Source: Myxococcota bacterium
Lineage (GTDB): Bacteria; Myxococcota; XYA12-FULL-58-9; JALHOP01
NCBI GenBank assembly: GCA_041288095.1
Contig: JBGGMJ010000009.1
Span: 1-52,499 of the forward strand
DNA length: 52,499 nt
Direction: 5' to 3'
The first letter of the stretch is position 1; each line of letters starts with the position of its first letter. A program made the translations under genes and the position numbers. The notes beneath the pieces were generated by a model. It was not told where the DNA came from and made no database searches. It was given only the letters and a program-made list of their open reading frames with translations. This document shows positions 28,233-37,683 of this stretch, in pieces.

Positions 28233-30400
28233 TGCACGCCCTCCGCCCGTCCAGCCGCTCTGGCCACGGCGCGGGCGTCGATGATCTCGGCGACGCGGCC
28301 ACCGACGATGATCGTCCCCGACGAACCGCGGCGCGGAGCAGGGCCGATGTCGACGCCGCTGACGTCGTCGATGACGTCGAGAATACGCTCGACGATAATG
28401 CCGACCCGCGTGACCTCGTCGTTGTAGACGATGGTGAAGAGCGTGTCGTCGCGACCACCGCCAAGCCCGGGGTCGCGTGACTTCTGCCGCCGCTCCTCGA
28501 AGATCTCACTGCTGCGCAGCAACGGCAGGACGCTGCCGCGGTACTGCACGACGTCGCGAACACCCAGTCGCTCGACCTGCGAGTTGCGCAGCTCCTCGAG
28601 ACGGTCGACGTGCTCGAGTGGAATGGCCAGCTGTCCGCCGTCGCGGAAGGCCGCGAGCAAGTAGCGGCGGGTGACGGTCTTGGCCGCGCGGGCCGACGCG
28701 AGTCGGGTTTCGGGGTTCGCGACCTCGTGCTCGAGGACGTGGGCGGCGCGGGCGATGCCTTGAGCGTCGAGGATGACGCCGACCTTGCCGTCGCTCATCA
28801 CGGTTGCGCCCGAATAGACGGGGATGCCGTCGAGGTGACGCGAGAGCGGCTTCACCACGATCTCCTCGGTATCGCCGATGCTATCGACGATGAGGCCGAA
28901 GCGCTGCCGCGCGGCTTCGAGGATGACGATGTTCACTGCCTCATCGGAGTCGGGCGCGGCGACGGGCAGGGGCGTTGGTGGCAAGCCCAACACTTGCGCC
29001 AGGTCCACGAGGGGCACCAGCGAGCCGCGCAGGCGTAGCACTGGCGACGCATAGACCTTGTCGATGAGCTTGCCGACTTGCTCGGCCTGCACCCGCGTGA
29101 GCTCGACGATGCTGACCTGGGGCAGGGCGTAGCGCCCTCCGCCGCAGCGGACGATGAGCGCCTGGATGATCGCGAGCGTGAGCGGTACGCGCAGGCGCAC
29201 CGTCATGCCCTCGCCGCGCTTGCTGTCGAGATCGATGGTGCCACCGATGCGCTCGACCTGCGTCTTGACGACGTCGAGTCCGACGCCGCGTCCCGACACG
29301 CTCGTCACCGCTTGGCGGGTCGAGAAGCCCGGGCGGAAAGCGAGCTGCGCGAGGTCTCGGTCGCTCATGGTGACCGCGTCTTGCGTGTCGATGATGTTGC
29401 GCGCGACGGCGACGCCCTTGATGCGCGCGAGGTCGAGACCGGCGCCATCGTCGCTGACTTCGACCACGACCTGACCGCCTTCGTGGTAGGCCGCAAGGCG
29501 AACGAATCCGTATTCGGTTTTACCGGCCGCGCGACGTACCTCGGGCGTCTCGATGCCGTGGTCGACGGCGTTGCGCACCAAGTGCGTGAGCGGATCTTTG
29601 ATGGTCTGCAAGAGGCTGCGGTCGACCTCGGTCTCCTGGCCCATCATCTCCAGCTGCACGACCTTCTCGACGCTCTTGGCGGTCTCTCGCACCAGACGTG
29701 GCAGCATGTTCCAGACCGAGCCAATAGGTTGCAGGCGCGCTTTCATCACGCCTTCCTGGAGCTCGCTGGTGATTGCCTTGAGACGTTGAGTCGCCGCGGG
29801 CGCAAGCGCGCTACCCGGTTGCTCGAGACCCTGGACGATCTGATTGCGCGCCAGGACGAGCTCACCGACGGTGTTCAGCAGGCGGTCGAGCAAGTGGACG
29901 TCGACGCGGACGGTACGCTCGGCGCTCGGCGTCACCTGCGGATCGTGGAGCTCCTGAAGAGCTTCAGCGACGTTCGCGAAGCCGCGACGGACAGTGGCCG
30001 GCTCGTGATCGGGATTGTGCGCATCGAGCCGCTGCCGCAGGCCCGTGAAGTCGACTTCACCTTCGCTCTGTGTCGCTTCGATGGTCGGTAGCGTGTGGCG
30101 TATGGCATCGCCGACCGCGAGCAGCAGGCTCGCGATGTCGGTGTTCATGCGCACGTTGCCGTCGCGCAGGGACGAGAGCAGGCTCTCGGCGCTGTGGGCG
30201 AGAGCTTCGAGCTGCGCGAACCCGAGCCAGGCACAGGTGCCTTTGATGGTGTGAAAGCTGCGAAAGACGCTGGCGAGCCGCTCGGCGTCGTCGGCGTTGG
30301 CTTCCAGGGCCATGACGTCGCGATCGAGCCGATCAAGGTGCTCACCGGTTTCGACCAGGAAATCCTTGACGATTGCGGCGATGTCCGAGGCGTCGTCCAT
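28229..30400 (-). CDS. cheA: CheA histidine kinase with two CheW-like domains
   Basis: FRSFHTIKG Hpt, HLVRNAVDHGIE, GRGVGLDVV, PLTLAI, two P5-like domains. Confidence 0.96.
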   Translation of the reverse strand: MDDASDIAAIVKDFLVETGEHLDRLDRDVMALEANADDAERLASVFRSFHTIKGTCAWLGFAQLEALAHSAESLLSSLRDGNVRMNTDIASLLLAVGDAIRHTLPTIEATQSEGEVDFTGLRQRLDAHNPDHEPATVRRGFANVAEALQELHDPQVTPSAERTVRVDVHLLDRLLNTVGELVLARNQIVQGLEQPGSALAPAATQRLKAITSELQEGVMKARLQPIGSVWNMLPRLVRETAKSVEKVVQLEMMGQETEVDRSLLQTIKDPLTHLVRNAVDHGIETPEVRRAAGKTEYGFVRLAAYHEGGQVVVEVSDDGAGLDLARIKGVAVARNIIDTQDAVTMSDRDLAQLAFRPGFSTRQAVTSVSGRGVGLDVVKTQVERIGGTIDLDSKRGEGMTVRLRVPLTLAIIQALIVRCGGGRYALPQVSIVELTRVQAEQVGKLIDKVYASPVLRLRGSLVPLVDLAQVLGLPPTPLPVAAPDSDEAVNIVILEAARQRFGLIVDSIGDTEEIVVKPLSRHLDGIPVYSGATVMSDGKVGVILDAQGIARAAHVLEHEVANPETRLASARAAKTVTRRYLLAAFRDGGQLAIPLEHVDRLEELRNSQVERLGVRDVVQYRGSVLPLLRSSEIFEERRQKSRDPGLGGGRDDTLFTIVYNDEVTRVGIIVERILDVIDDVSGVDIGPAPRRGSSGTIIVGGRVAEIIDARAVARAAGRAEGVQ

Positions 30401-30497
30401 GGGTGGCGAGCTTCAGCGAGCGTTGCACACTCCGTCAGGCCGTTCCAGTTTTGCGAGCTTGCGACATTGGCGTCGAATCGGGCATTTGCGGGCGCTA

Positions 30498-32267
30498 GTG
30501 CTGCTTGCTTTGACGATCGCCATCCTCGCCGTGCTCGCAGGCGTGGCTTTGGGCCTGTTCAGCCGACGCGTGTCGTCCTGGCTCGAGCCGATTTACGCTT
30601 TCGGCGTGGTCGCGGCGCTGGTCGTCGTCGTCGGTCATTTGCTGCCCGAAGCGGCCGAAGCACTGGGCATTCAAGCGCTGTTGGTCTTCGGCGTCGGGGT
30701 GCTGGTGCCGAGCATCGTCGAGCGCTTGGCGGCACGCCCGGACGGCAGCGGCCATCCGCCGATGCAGGTCGGCTTCATGGCGCTGCTCGTGCATCAGGCT
30801 GGCGACGGCGCGGCGCTCGCGGCCGCGGCGCACGCGGGGGCTGGGGTCGAGGTCGGTCTCGCGGTCGCCGCGCACACGGTGCCGCTCGTGACCCTGATGA
30901 CGACGCTCATGGCGCGCGAGCTCGGTGTACGGCGCGCGTTGGTTCGCGCGGGCGCGATGGCTCTGGCGACCCTCGCGGGTGCCGGATCGCTCGCCATCGT
31001 TCCTGAAGCGACCTTCGCGCTGGTCGAGCCCTATGCGGCCGCGCTGATCGCGGGCGTCCTCGTGCACGTGGTCTTGCATGCGCCGCCGGCCGCGGCCACA
31101 CGGGCGCTCGGTGGACGTTTTCTCGAGCTGCTGGCGATCGCGGCCGGCGTAGCCTTGGCCCTCGTTGGCAGCGCGCACGAAAGCACCCTCGCGAGCACGT
31201 TGTCGGCAACGCTATTGCGGATCGCGCTCGCGGTCGCTCCCGCCTTGCTGGGGGGCTTGCTGCTCGCATCGGCGGTGCAGGCCATGGGCGCGCGTCTGCC
31301 TGCTACGTGGATGCGAACGGGACCGCGGCTGTTGCAGGCTTTACGTGGCGCCGTGGTCGGCGTGCCGCTCCCGGTGTGCACCTGTGGCGTGCTGCCGACC
31401 GCGCGGGCGCTCCTCGAGCGCGGCGCGCCGCCCGCTCTTCTCGTCGCCTTCGTGGTGGCGGCGCCGCTACTCGGTCTCGACACCTTCTTGGTCACGGCAC
31501 GGTTCATCGATGTGCCCACGGCCCTCTTGCGCGTGGGGTTCGCCGTCGTGGTGGCGATGGCGGCGGCTTTGGTGGCGAGTCGGCGCAAGCGCCGGGCGGC
31601 CGGAGGCGGCATGGTCATTCGTGCTTTCGCGCGCGCCCCCCAGCGTCTCGCCGAGCGCTCGCCGGCGACCAAGCCCGAGCGCAATGATGCGGCGCGAGGC
31701 TTCTTCGCGCGCGCCTTGCTGCACTTCGACGAGCTGGTGTTCCACGTCGTGCCCTGGGCCGCGGCGGGCATTCTGGTCGCCGCGTACGTCGACGTGCTCT
31801 TGCCAGCGAACGCCATCGACCATCGTGTGCTCGACGTCGTCATCGTCACGCTCGCTTCCGTGCCTCTCTACTTGTCCGCTTCGGCGGTCACCCCCGTCGC
31901 TGCCGTGCTTCTGCTCAAGGGGTTGTCACCGGGCGCCGCGCTCGCGGGTTTGGTCGTCGGACCAGCCACCGACCTGGCCACCATCGGCTTCTTGAAGCGC
32001 TCCTTTGGCGGCCGCGCCACGGGTTTTGCGCTGCTTGGGCTGGTCGGCGGGGCCTTGCTGCTCGCCTTCGCGGTGAACGCGACCGGCCTCAGCATCGTGC
32101 CGCAGCTCTCCGCCGACGATGGTTGGTTGTCCCGCTTGTCACTTGCGACCCTCGTGGTCCTCGTGGTGCGTAGCATCTGGCAAAGCGGTGTCGTGGCCTG
32201 GGCCGAGGCCCTATCGCGGACGCCGAGCTTGGAATGGCGTGTGTCGCGCGCTTATGCGCGCTTGTGA
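30498..32267 (+). CDS. permease: ZIP-like N-terminal half fused to DUF318/ArsP-type permease
   Basis: HLLPEA, HQAGDG, AHTVP; PLPVCTCGVLP, PLYLSA, GPATDL; many TMs. Start uncertain (30486 or 30498). Confidence 0.75.
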   Translation: MLLALTIAILAVLAGVALGLFSRRVSSWLEPIYAFGVVAALVVVVGHLLPEAAEALGIQALLVFGVGVLVPSIVERLAARPDGSGHPPMQVGFMALLVHQAGDGAALAAAAHAGAGVEVGLAVAAHTVPLVTLMTTLMARELGVRRALVRAGAMALATLAGAGSLAIVPEATFALVEPYAAALIAGVLVHVVLHAPPAAATRALGGRFLELLAIAAGVALALVGSAHESTLASTLSATLLRIALAVAPALLGGLLLASAVQAMGARLPATWMRTGPRLLQALRGAVVGVPLPVCTCGVLPTARALLERGAPPALLVAFVVAAPLLGLDTFLVTARFIDVPTALLRVGFAVVVAMAAALVASRRKRRAAGGGMVIRAFARAPQRLAERSPATKPERNDAARGFFARALLHFDELVFHVVPWAAAGILVAAYVDVLLPANAIDHRVLDVVIVTLASVPLYLSASAVTPVAAVLLLKGLSPGAALAGLVVGPATDLATIGFLKRSFGGRATGFALLGLVGGALLLAFAVNATGLSIVPQLSADDGWLSRLSLATLVVLVVRSIWQSGVVAWAEALSRTPSLEWRVSRAYARL

Positions 32268-32271
32268 GTCA

Positions 32272-34473
32272 ATGACAATGTCCAGCGCTCTCGTTCTTAC
32301 GTTGTGCCTCGTCGCCCAGCCGAAACAGCCGGTCAGCCAGCCTTGGCTCGACACGCATCTGTCGCCCGATGCCCGCGCCGAAGCTTGGGTGAAAGCGATG
32401 ACGCTCGAGGAGAAGCTGGCATTGGTCCACGGCTACTTCGCCACGTCCGATAAGGGCACGGTCCCCAAGGAAGCGTTGATCGGCGCCGGTTACATCCCCG
32501 GCATTCCGCGCCTCGGTATCCCCGCCTTGTTCGAGACCGACGCGAGCCTCGGCGTCGCGAACCAACTCGACGCACGCAAGGGTGATGTCGCGACCGCGTT
32601 GCCCGCGGGCCTCGCCACCGCCGCGTCCTTCGACGTGCAGCTCGCCTACGACGGCGGCGCCATGATCGGCCGCGAGGCACGCGCCAAGGGCTATAACGTC
32701 ATGCTCGCCGGCGGCATCAACTTGACCCGCGAGCCACGCAACGGCCGCAACTTCGAGTATCTCGGCGAGGATCCCTGGCTCGCCGGCAAGCTCGGCGGCG
32801 CCCACATCCGCGGTGTCCAGTCGAACAACATCGTCTCCACCGTCAAGCACTTCGCGCTGAACGCGCAGGAGACCGGCCGCATGGTGATGTCGGCGAACAT
32901 CGACGAAGCAGCGCTCCGCGAAAGCGACCTGCTCGCCTTCGAGCTCGCCATCGAGGACGGTCGGCCCGGCTCGGTGATGTGCGCGTACAACAAGGTCAAC
33001 GGCGTCTACGCCTGCGAGCACGACTTCTTGCTCAACCAGGTGCTCAAGAAGGACTGGAAGTATCCGGGTTGGGTGATGTCGGACTGGGGCGCTGTCCACG
33101 GCGTCGAGGGACCGCTGGTGGCTGGGCTCGATCAGGAGTCGGGTCAGGAGCTCGACACTCAGATCTTCTGGGGGGCGCCGCTCACCGAGGCCGTCAAAGC
33201 GGGCAAGGTGAAAGAGGCGCAGATCGACACGATGGTCCGCCGCATCCTGCGCAGCATCGTCGCCGCCGGCGTGGTGGACAAGCCCGTCCCCGTCAAGCCA
33301 CAAGCCGTCGACTACGCAAGCCACGCCGCCGTCGCCCAACGAACGGCCGAAGAGGGCGCGGTTCTCCTGAAGAACCAGAACGAGCTGCTGCCTCTCGGCG
33401 CCGAGCTCAAGCGCATCGTCCTCATTGGCGGACATGCCGACGTCGGCGTCCTATCGGGAGGCGGCTCGTCGCAAGTGCGCGCCGTCGCCGGCACGCCGGT
33501 CGAGATCCCGTTGACCAAGGGCGCGTCCGCGAGCTTCTGCCGCGTCACTTGGCACGGCTCGTCCCCTTTGCGGGCGTTGCAGGCGCGGCTACCCGAAGCG
33601 CAAGTGACCTACGACGACGGCACCGACGTGAAACGCGCCGCTAAAGCGGCCAAGGAAGCGGACGTAGCCATCGTCTTCGCGACTCAGTGGGCGACCGAGG
33701 CCAGCGACATCCCGAATCTCTCGCTGCCCGACAATCAGGACGCGCTCATCGAGGCGGTGGCGAAGAACAACAAGCGCACCATCGTCGTGCTCGAGACGGG
33801 AAATCCGGTGCTCATGCCGTGGCTGTCGAAGGTGCGCGCGGTGCTCGAGGTCTGGTATCCGGGTGAGCGCGGAGGCGAGGCGATAGCGCGGCTCTTGTTC
33901 GGCGACGTGAACCCGTCGGGGCGGCTGCCTATGACTTTTCCTTCGAGCGAAAAGCAGCTGCCGCGGCCGGCTCTGGATGGCTGGGCGGCGGCCGTCAAAG
34001 CGGAATCGGGGAAGCCCGAGGATGCGGTGAAGCCGTTCGACGTGAAGTACGTCGAGGGAGCGGATGTCGGCTACCGCTGGTTCGCTTCGAAGAAGCACAA
34101 GCCGCTGTTCCCGTTCGGATTCGGCCTTTCGTACACGAAGTTCGCTTTGGCGAACGTGAAGGCCGATGGGAAGAAGGTCGAGCTGGACGTGACCAACGCG
34201 GGGTCGACGGCCGGAGCAGCGGTGCCGCAGATCTACGCGACACCTCCCGGCGGGCGCGCGCGCCTCGTTGGCTTCGCCCGCGTGAATCTGGCTCCTGGGG
34301 AGACGAAGCACGTTTCACTCGATATCGACGCCCGCATGCTCGCAAAGTACGACGTAACGGCGAAGGGATGGCACGTGCCCGCCGGAGCGTACACGTTCAC
34401 GGCGGCGCAGGATGCTGGGGACAAGGGCGTGAGCGCCACCGTGCAGATGGCGGAGCAGAGGATGGCGCCGTAA
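32272..34473 (+). CDS. exported GH3 beta-glucosidase-family glycosidase
   Basis: GRNFEYLGEDP, KHF, MCAYN, VMSDW nucleophile, VLLKN, PFGFGLSYT; hydrophobic N-terminus. Confidence 0.95.
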   Translation: MTMSSALVLTLCLVAQPKQPVSQPWLDTHLSPDARAEAWVKAMTLEEKLALVHGYFATSDKGTVPKEALIGAGYIPGIPRLGIPALFETDASLGVANQLDARKGDVATALPAGLATAASFDVQLAYDGGAMIGREARAKGYNVMLAGGINLTREPRNGRNFEYLGEDPWLAGKLGGAHIRGVQSNNIVSTVKHFALNAQETGRMVMSANIDEAALRESDLLAFELAIEDGRPGSVMCAYNKVNGVYACEHDFLLNQVLKKDWKYPGWVMSDWGAVHGVEGPLVAGLDQESGQELDTQIFWGAPLTEAVKAGKVKEAQIDTMVRRILRSIVAAGVVDKPVPVKPQAVDYASHAAVAQRTAEEGAVLLKNQNELLPLGAELKRIVLIGGHADVGVLSGGGSSQVRAVAGTPVEIPLTKGASASFCRVTWHGSSPLRALQARLPEAQVTYDDGTDVKRAAKAAKEADVAIVFATQWATEASDIPNLSLPDNQDALIEAVAKNNKRTIVVLETGNPVLMPWLSKVRAVLEVWYPGERGGEAIARLLFGDVNPSGRLPMTFPSSEKQLPRPALDGWAAAVKAESGKPEDAVKPFDVKYVEGADVGYRWFASKKHKPLFPFGFGLSYTKFALANVKADGKKVELDVTNAGSTAGAAVPQIYATPPGGRARLVGFARVNLAPGETKHVSLDIDARMLAKYDVTAKGWHVPAGAYTFTAAQDAGDKGVSATVQMAEQRMAP

Positions 34474-34476
34474 GAA

Positions 34477-34523
34477 AAATGGTTAGTGTCCCCATTTAGC
34501 GAAAATGGGGACACTAACCATTT
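34477..34523. repeat. perfect 21-bp REP-like palindrome between convergent genes (probable bidirectional terminator)
   Basis: AAATGGTTAGTGTCCCCATTT-AGCGA-AAATGGGGACACTAACCATTT. Confidence 0.85.
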
Positions 34524-37500
34524 AGCCGACGAACCGAACCAGCACCGACTCCAACGCCTTCCGATCAATCGGCTTCGTCAAGTAGTCATCCATCCCCGCC
34601 TCGAAGGCCTTCACCTCGTCGCCCCGCATCGCCATCGCGGTCAAAGCGACGATCGGAATACTCTCCGTCACCTTGTTCTTCTTGAGCTCCTTCGCCGCCG
34701 CGAACCCATCTTTCTTGGGCATCGCAAGGTCCATGAGCACCAGCGCCGGCTTGTGCGCGATAGCGAGTGCAATCCCCGCGTCGCCGTCCCCCGCGAGCAG
34801 TACGTGGTAGCCCATGTGCTCGAGAATCGAGCGCGCCAGCTCCCGATTCAGGTCGTGGTCGTCAACCACCAAGATTGTCTTCGCCGTCGGCGCCGGTGTT
34901 GCCGTCACGCGGCCCGTCGCCCGGTCAATCGCCGCGAGTAGCTCTTGCCGCGTAATCGTTCCCTTTTTGGCGACCGCGCGCACGTGCTGCTTCATGCGCA
35001 CGCGATCGGCTTCCGATGTGTCCGCCGCGGTGAGCACGATGATAGGCACATCCTTCGTGCGCGCGTCCGCCTCCAGGGCGTCGATGACCTCGAAGCCCGA
35101 CATCTCGGGCATCATCAAATCAACGATGGCGACCGCCGGCGCCTCGCGTTGCGCGTGCGCGACTCCGTCCCTGCCGCGTTGATACGCCGTGACCTGGTAT
35201 CCCGCCGGCTCGAGCAAGCCGCTGAGCAGACTGCCGACATGTGGGTCATCGTCGATGGCGAGCACCTTGGGCCCGTTGCCGGGGAACTGCACCGGCAACA
35301 TCTGCTTGATCTCGCTCAAGAAGCGTTGCGTCTCGATGGGCTTGGGCACGAAGTCGTTGGCGCGTGGAGCCGCGGTCACGATGACCGGGGTATTGCGCGT
35401 GCTCTCGCGCCGGCGCAGCTCGTCGAGGATGCGCAAGCCATCGCGTGAGTCGGTGGCGGGATTCAGGACGAGGGCCGCCGGCTTCAAGCGACTCACCATC
35501 TCGGCGGTGTCGGTGCCGGCTTCGACCTGCGTCACTCGATAGCCGTTCCCCTCGATGAACGACTTGAGCGATGCCGACGAAGCCCGGTCATCGTCCACCA
35601 TCAGGACCAGCGGCCGGCCATTACCGTTGCCATTGCCGTTGGCGACCCTTGCTCCCTCGGCGAGCGGTAGGGTGAAGCGGAAGGTCGCGCCTTCGCCCTT
35701 GATGCTCATGACCTCGATCACGCCGCCATGCTGCTCGACCAAGCGCTTGCAAATCGCGAGGCCGAGCCCGGTGCCCTGGATCGACTTGACCATTGGGTTT
35801 TCACCCTGCACGAACGGTTGGAACAAGCGGGCGCGGAGCGCTTCGTCGATGCCTGGTCCGGAATCGCGGACGTAGAAGCGCATCATGCCGTCGACTCTTT
35901 CGGTGCCGACCGTCACGGTCGCGCCTTCCGGGCTGAACTTCAGCGCGTTGCTCAAGAGATTGAGCAAGATCTGGCGCAACTTGCCGACATCTGCGCGCAC
36001 CGGGGTGTCGTCCGCTATCGAGGATACAATCTCGATCTTGCGCGCCATCGATGTCGCATGCACCAGCTCGCGGGCCTCGATGATGGCCGTCGACGGCACG
36101 ATGTTCTCGACGTCCAAGGTGGTGTGGCCCGCCTCGATCTTCGACAGGTCGAGGATGTCGTTGATGAGGCTCAGCAAGTGCCGGCCGCTGTTCAAGACGT
36201 CGCTCAGGTAACGCACCTCGCGCTCCTGCAGACGGTCCTTGGTTTGCTCCACGAGCAGCTCGGAGAAGCCGATGATCGAGTTCAACGGAGTGCGCAGCTC
36301 ATGCGACATGTTGGCGAGGAAATCGGTCTTGAGCTGGCCGGCGCGCTCGACTTCGCTGTTCTTGAGCTGCAGCTCGCGCTGTTGCGCTTGCAACTCGGTG
36401 CGTTGCGCCAAGAGCTCCTCTTTTTGCGCTTGCAGCTCGTCGTTCGCGCGCTCGAGGCTCAAGGTGCGTTCACGGACGCGGCTCTCGAGGTCTTCGTGGA
36501 TTGTCGCGATGGCGTCGGCCATGCGATTGAACGTCGTCCCCAAGGTGCCGAACTCGTCGCGCGTATCCACCTGCACGCGCGCGGTGAGGTCTCCTTGGGT
36601 AAGCGTCTCGGCCGCCACCGCGACCTTGCGCAAGGGGAGGGCGATGCGCTCCGAGAAGGCCCAGCCCAGCGTCAACGCCAGCGCGATGATGACGAGGCTC
36701 ACGATGAGGGTTCGCTGAACCAGCGCGCCCAGGCCGCCTGTCACGACGCGCTCCGGGACGATGGCGAAGATGGTCCAACCAATGGACGAGAGGCGTCGCG
36801 CCACCGCGAGGTTGTACTCGCCACTCTCGGGCGCGATGTAGCGATAGAGCCCGTCGAGGCCGACCAGGCTCTTCGCCGTGGCCCGCTTGTACTCCTCGGG
36901 TACCTCGACTCCCGCCGCGAGCAACTGCTCCGTCTCTTGTCCGTAGCGCTGCGTGCGGATGATCTCTTGCGCGATGCCGGGGTCGACTGGGCCGGTGGGG
37001 CGGAAGACTTGGTTCTGACGGAAGCTGTGGGCGATGCGGATGCCGGCCTCGTTCACCACGACCGTGTAGCTGCCCTCGCCGGTGCGGCCGTTCGCGGCGC
37101 GCACCGCGTCCCAGAACGCGTTGGCGCGTACATGGACGGCCACCAGACAGGTGCGGTCGGGGGTGTGCACCGGGGCGGTATAGGAGAGGAGCGGCAGCTG
37201 ACCGCCCACCGACGGCGTCGTATAGACGTTGGTCACCGCGTGGCGGGGGAAATAACCGCGCAGCACCGCGGTCTGGCCCGGCGGGTGCTGCGCGTCCTTG
37301 CCGTCGCTCGCGTAGAAGAAGTTGGCGTCCTTGTCGGTGACGGAGACACCGACGACGTTGGAGTCACTTTCGATCAACGTTTGCGCCGCTTCGTGCAAGA
37401 CGGGGTTGGGGTCGCCGGTCGCGCTGCCGCAGGTCTCGAAGGTCGCCTTGGCCCGGCTCAAGCGCGTCGCTGTCGACGAGTAGATGAGGTGGAAGCCCTC

Positions 37501-37683
37501 CAGCTCACTCACCAGCTGGTCGGCGCGCGTGCCCAGGAGGTTCGCGGTGTCGTCGGCGGCGATTTGCTTGGCGGCCTGGAACGCGAGCCATGAGCTGATC
37601 GCCACCGGCAGCGTCGAGGCGATGAAGAGCATCGCCAGCGTTTTCAGTCGTAACGGCCAGTGATCGAACGACAGAAAGCTCAT
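34522..37683 (-). CDS. hybrid sensor histidine kinase (2 TM, Cache-like sensor, HAMP, coiled coil, HisKA, HATPase, three REC)
   Basis: FLANMSHELRTPLN, NLLSNALKF, GTGLGL; REC2 DLMMP, REC3 DLAMP; REC1 degenerate. Confidence 0.95.
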   Translation of the reverse strand: MSFLSFDHWPLRLKTLAMLFIASTLPVAISSWLAFQAAKQIAADDTANLLGTRADQLVSELEGFHLIYSSTATRLSRAKATFETCGSATGDPNPVLHEAAQTLIESDSNVVGVSVTDKDANFFYASDGKDAQHPPGQTAVLRGYFPRHAVTNVYTTPSVGGQLPLLSYTAPVHTPDRTCLVAVHVRANAFWDAVRAANGRTGEGSYTVVVNEAGIRIAHSFRQNQVFRPTGPVDPGIAQEIIRTQRYGQETEQLLAAGVEVPEEYKRATAKSLVGLDGLYRYIAPESGEYNLAVARRLSSIGWTIFAIVPERVVTGGLGALVQRTLIVSLVIIALALTLGWAFSERIALPLRKVAVAAETLTQGDLTARVQVDTRDEFGTLGTTFNRMADAIATIHEDLESRVRERTLSLERANDELQAQKEELLAQRTELQAQQRELQLKNSEVERAGQLKTDFLANMSHELRTPLNSIIGFSELLVEQTKDRLQEREVRYLSDVLNSGRHLLSLINDILDLSKIEAGHTTLDVENIVPSTAIIEARELVHATSMARKIEIVSSIADDTPVRADVGKLRQILLNLLSNALKFSPEGATVTVGTERVDGMMRFYVRDSGPGIDEALRARLFQPFVQGENPMVKSIQGTGLGLAICKRLVEQHGGVIEVMSIKGEGATFRFTLPLAEGARVANGNGNGNGRPLVLMVDDDRASSASLKSFIEGNGYRVTQVEAGTDTAEMVSRLKPAALVLNPATDSRDGLRILDELRRRESTRNTPVIVTAAPRANDFVPKPIETQRFLSEIKQMLPVQFPGNGPKVLAIDDDPHVGSLLSGLLEPAGYQVTAYQRGRDGVAHAQREAPAVAIVDLMMPEMSGFEVIDALEADARTKDVPIIVLTAADTSEADRVRMKQHVRAVAKKGTITRQELLAAIDRATGRVTATPAPTAKTILVVDDHDLNRELARSILEHMGYHVLLAGDGDAGIALAIAHKPALVLMDLAMPKKDGFAAAKELKKNKVTESIPIVALTAMAMRGDEVKAFEAGMDDYLTKPIDRKALESVLVRFVG

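Noticed and set aside
35728-37593. Long antisense ORFs (621 aa here; also 2905-4374, 40317-42068, 24502-25752)
   Set aside because: Shadow frames of well-supported genes in GC-rich DNA; no recognisable motifs.
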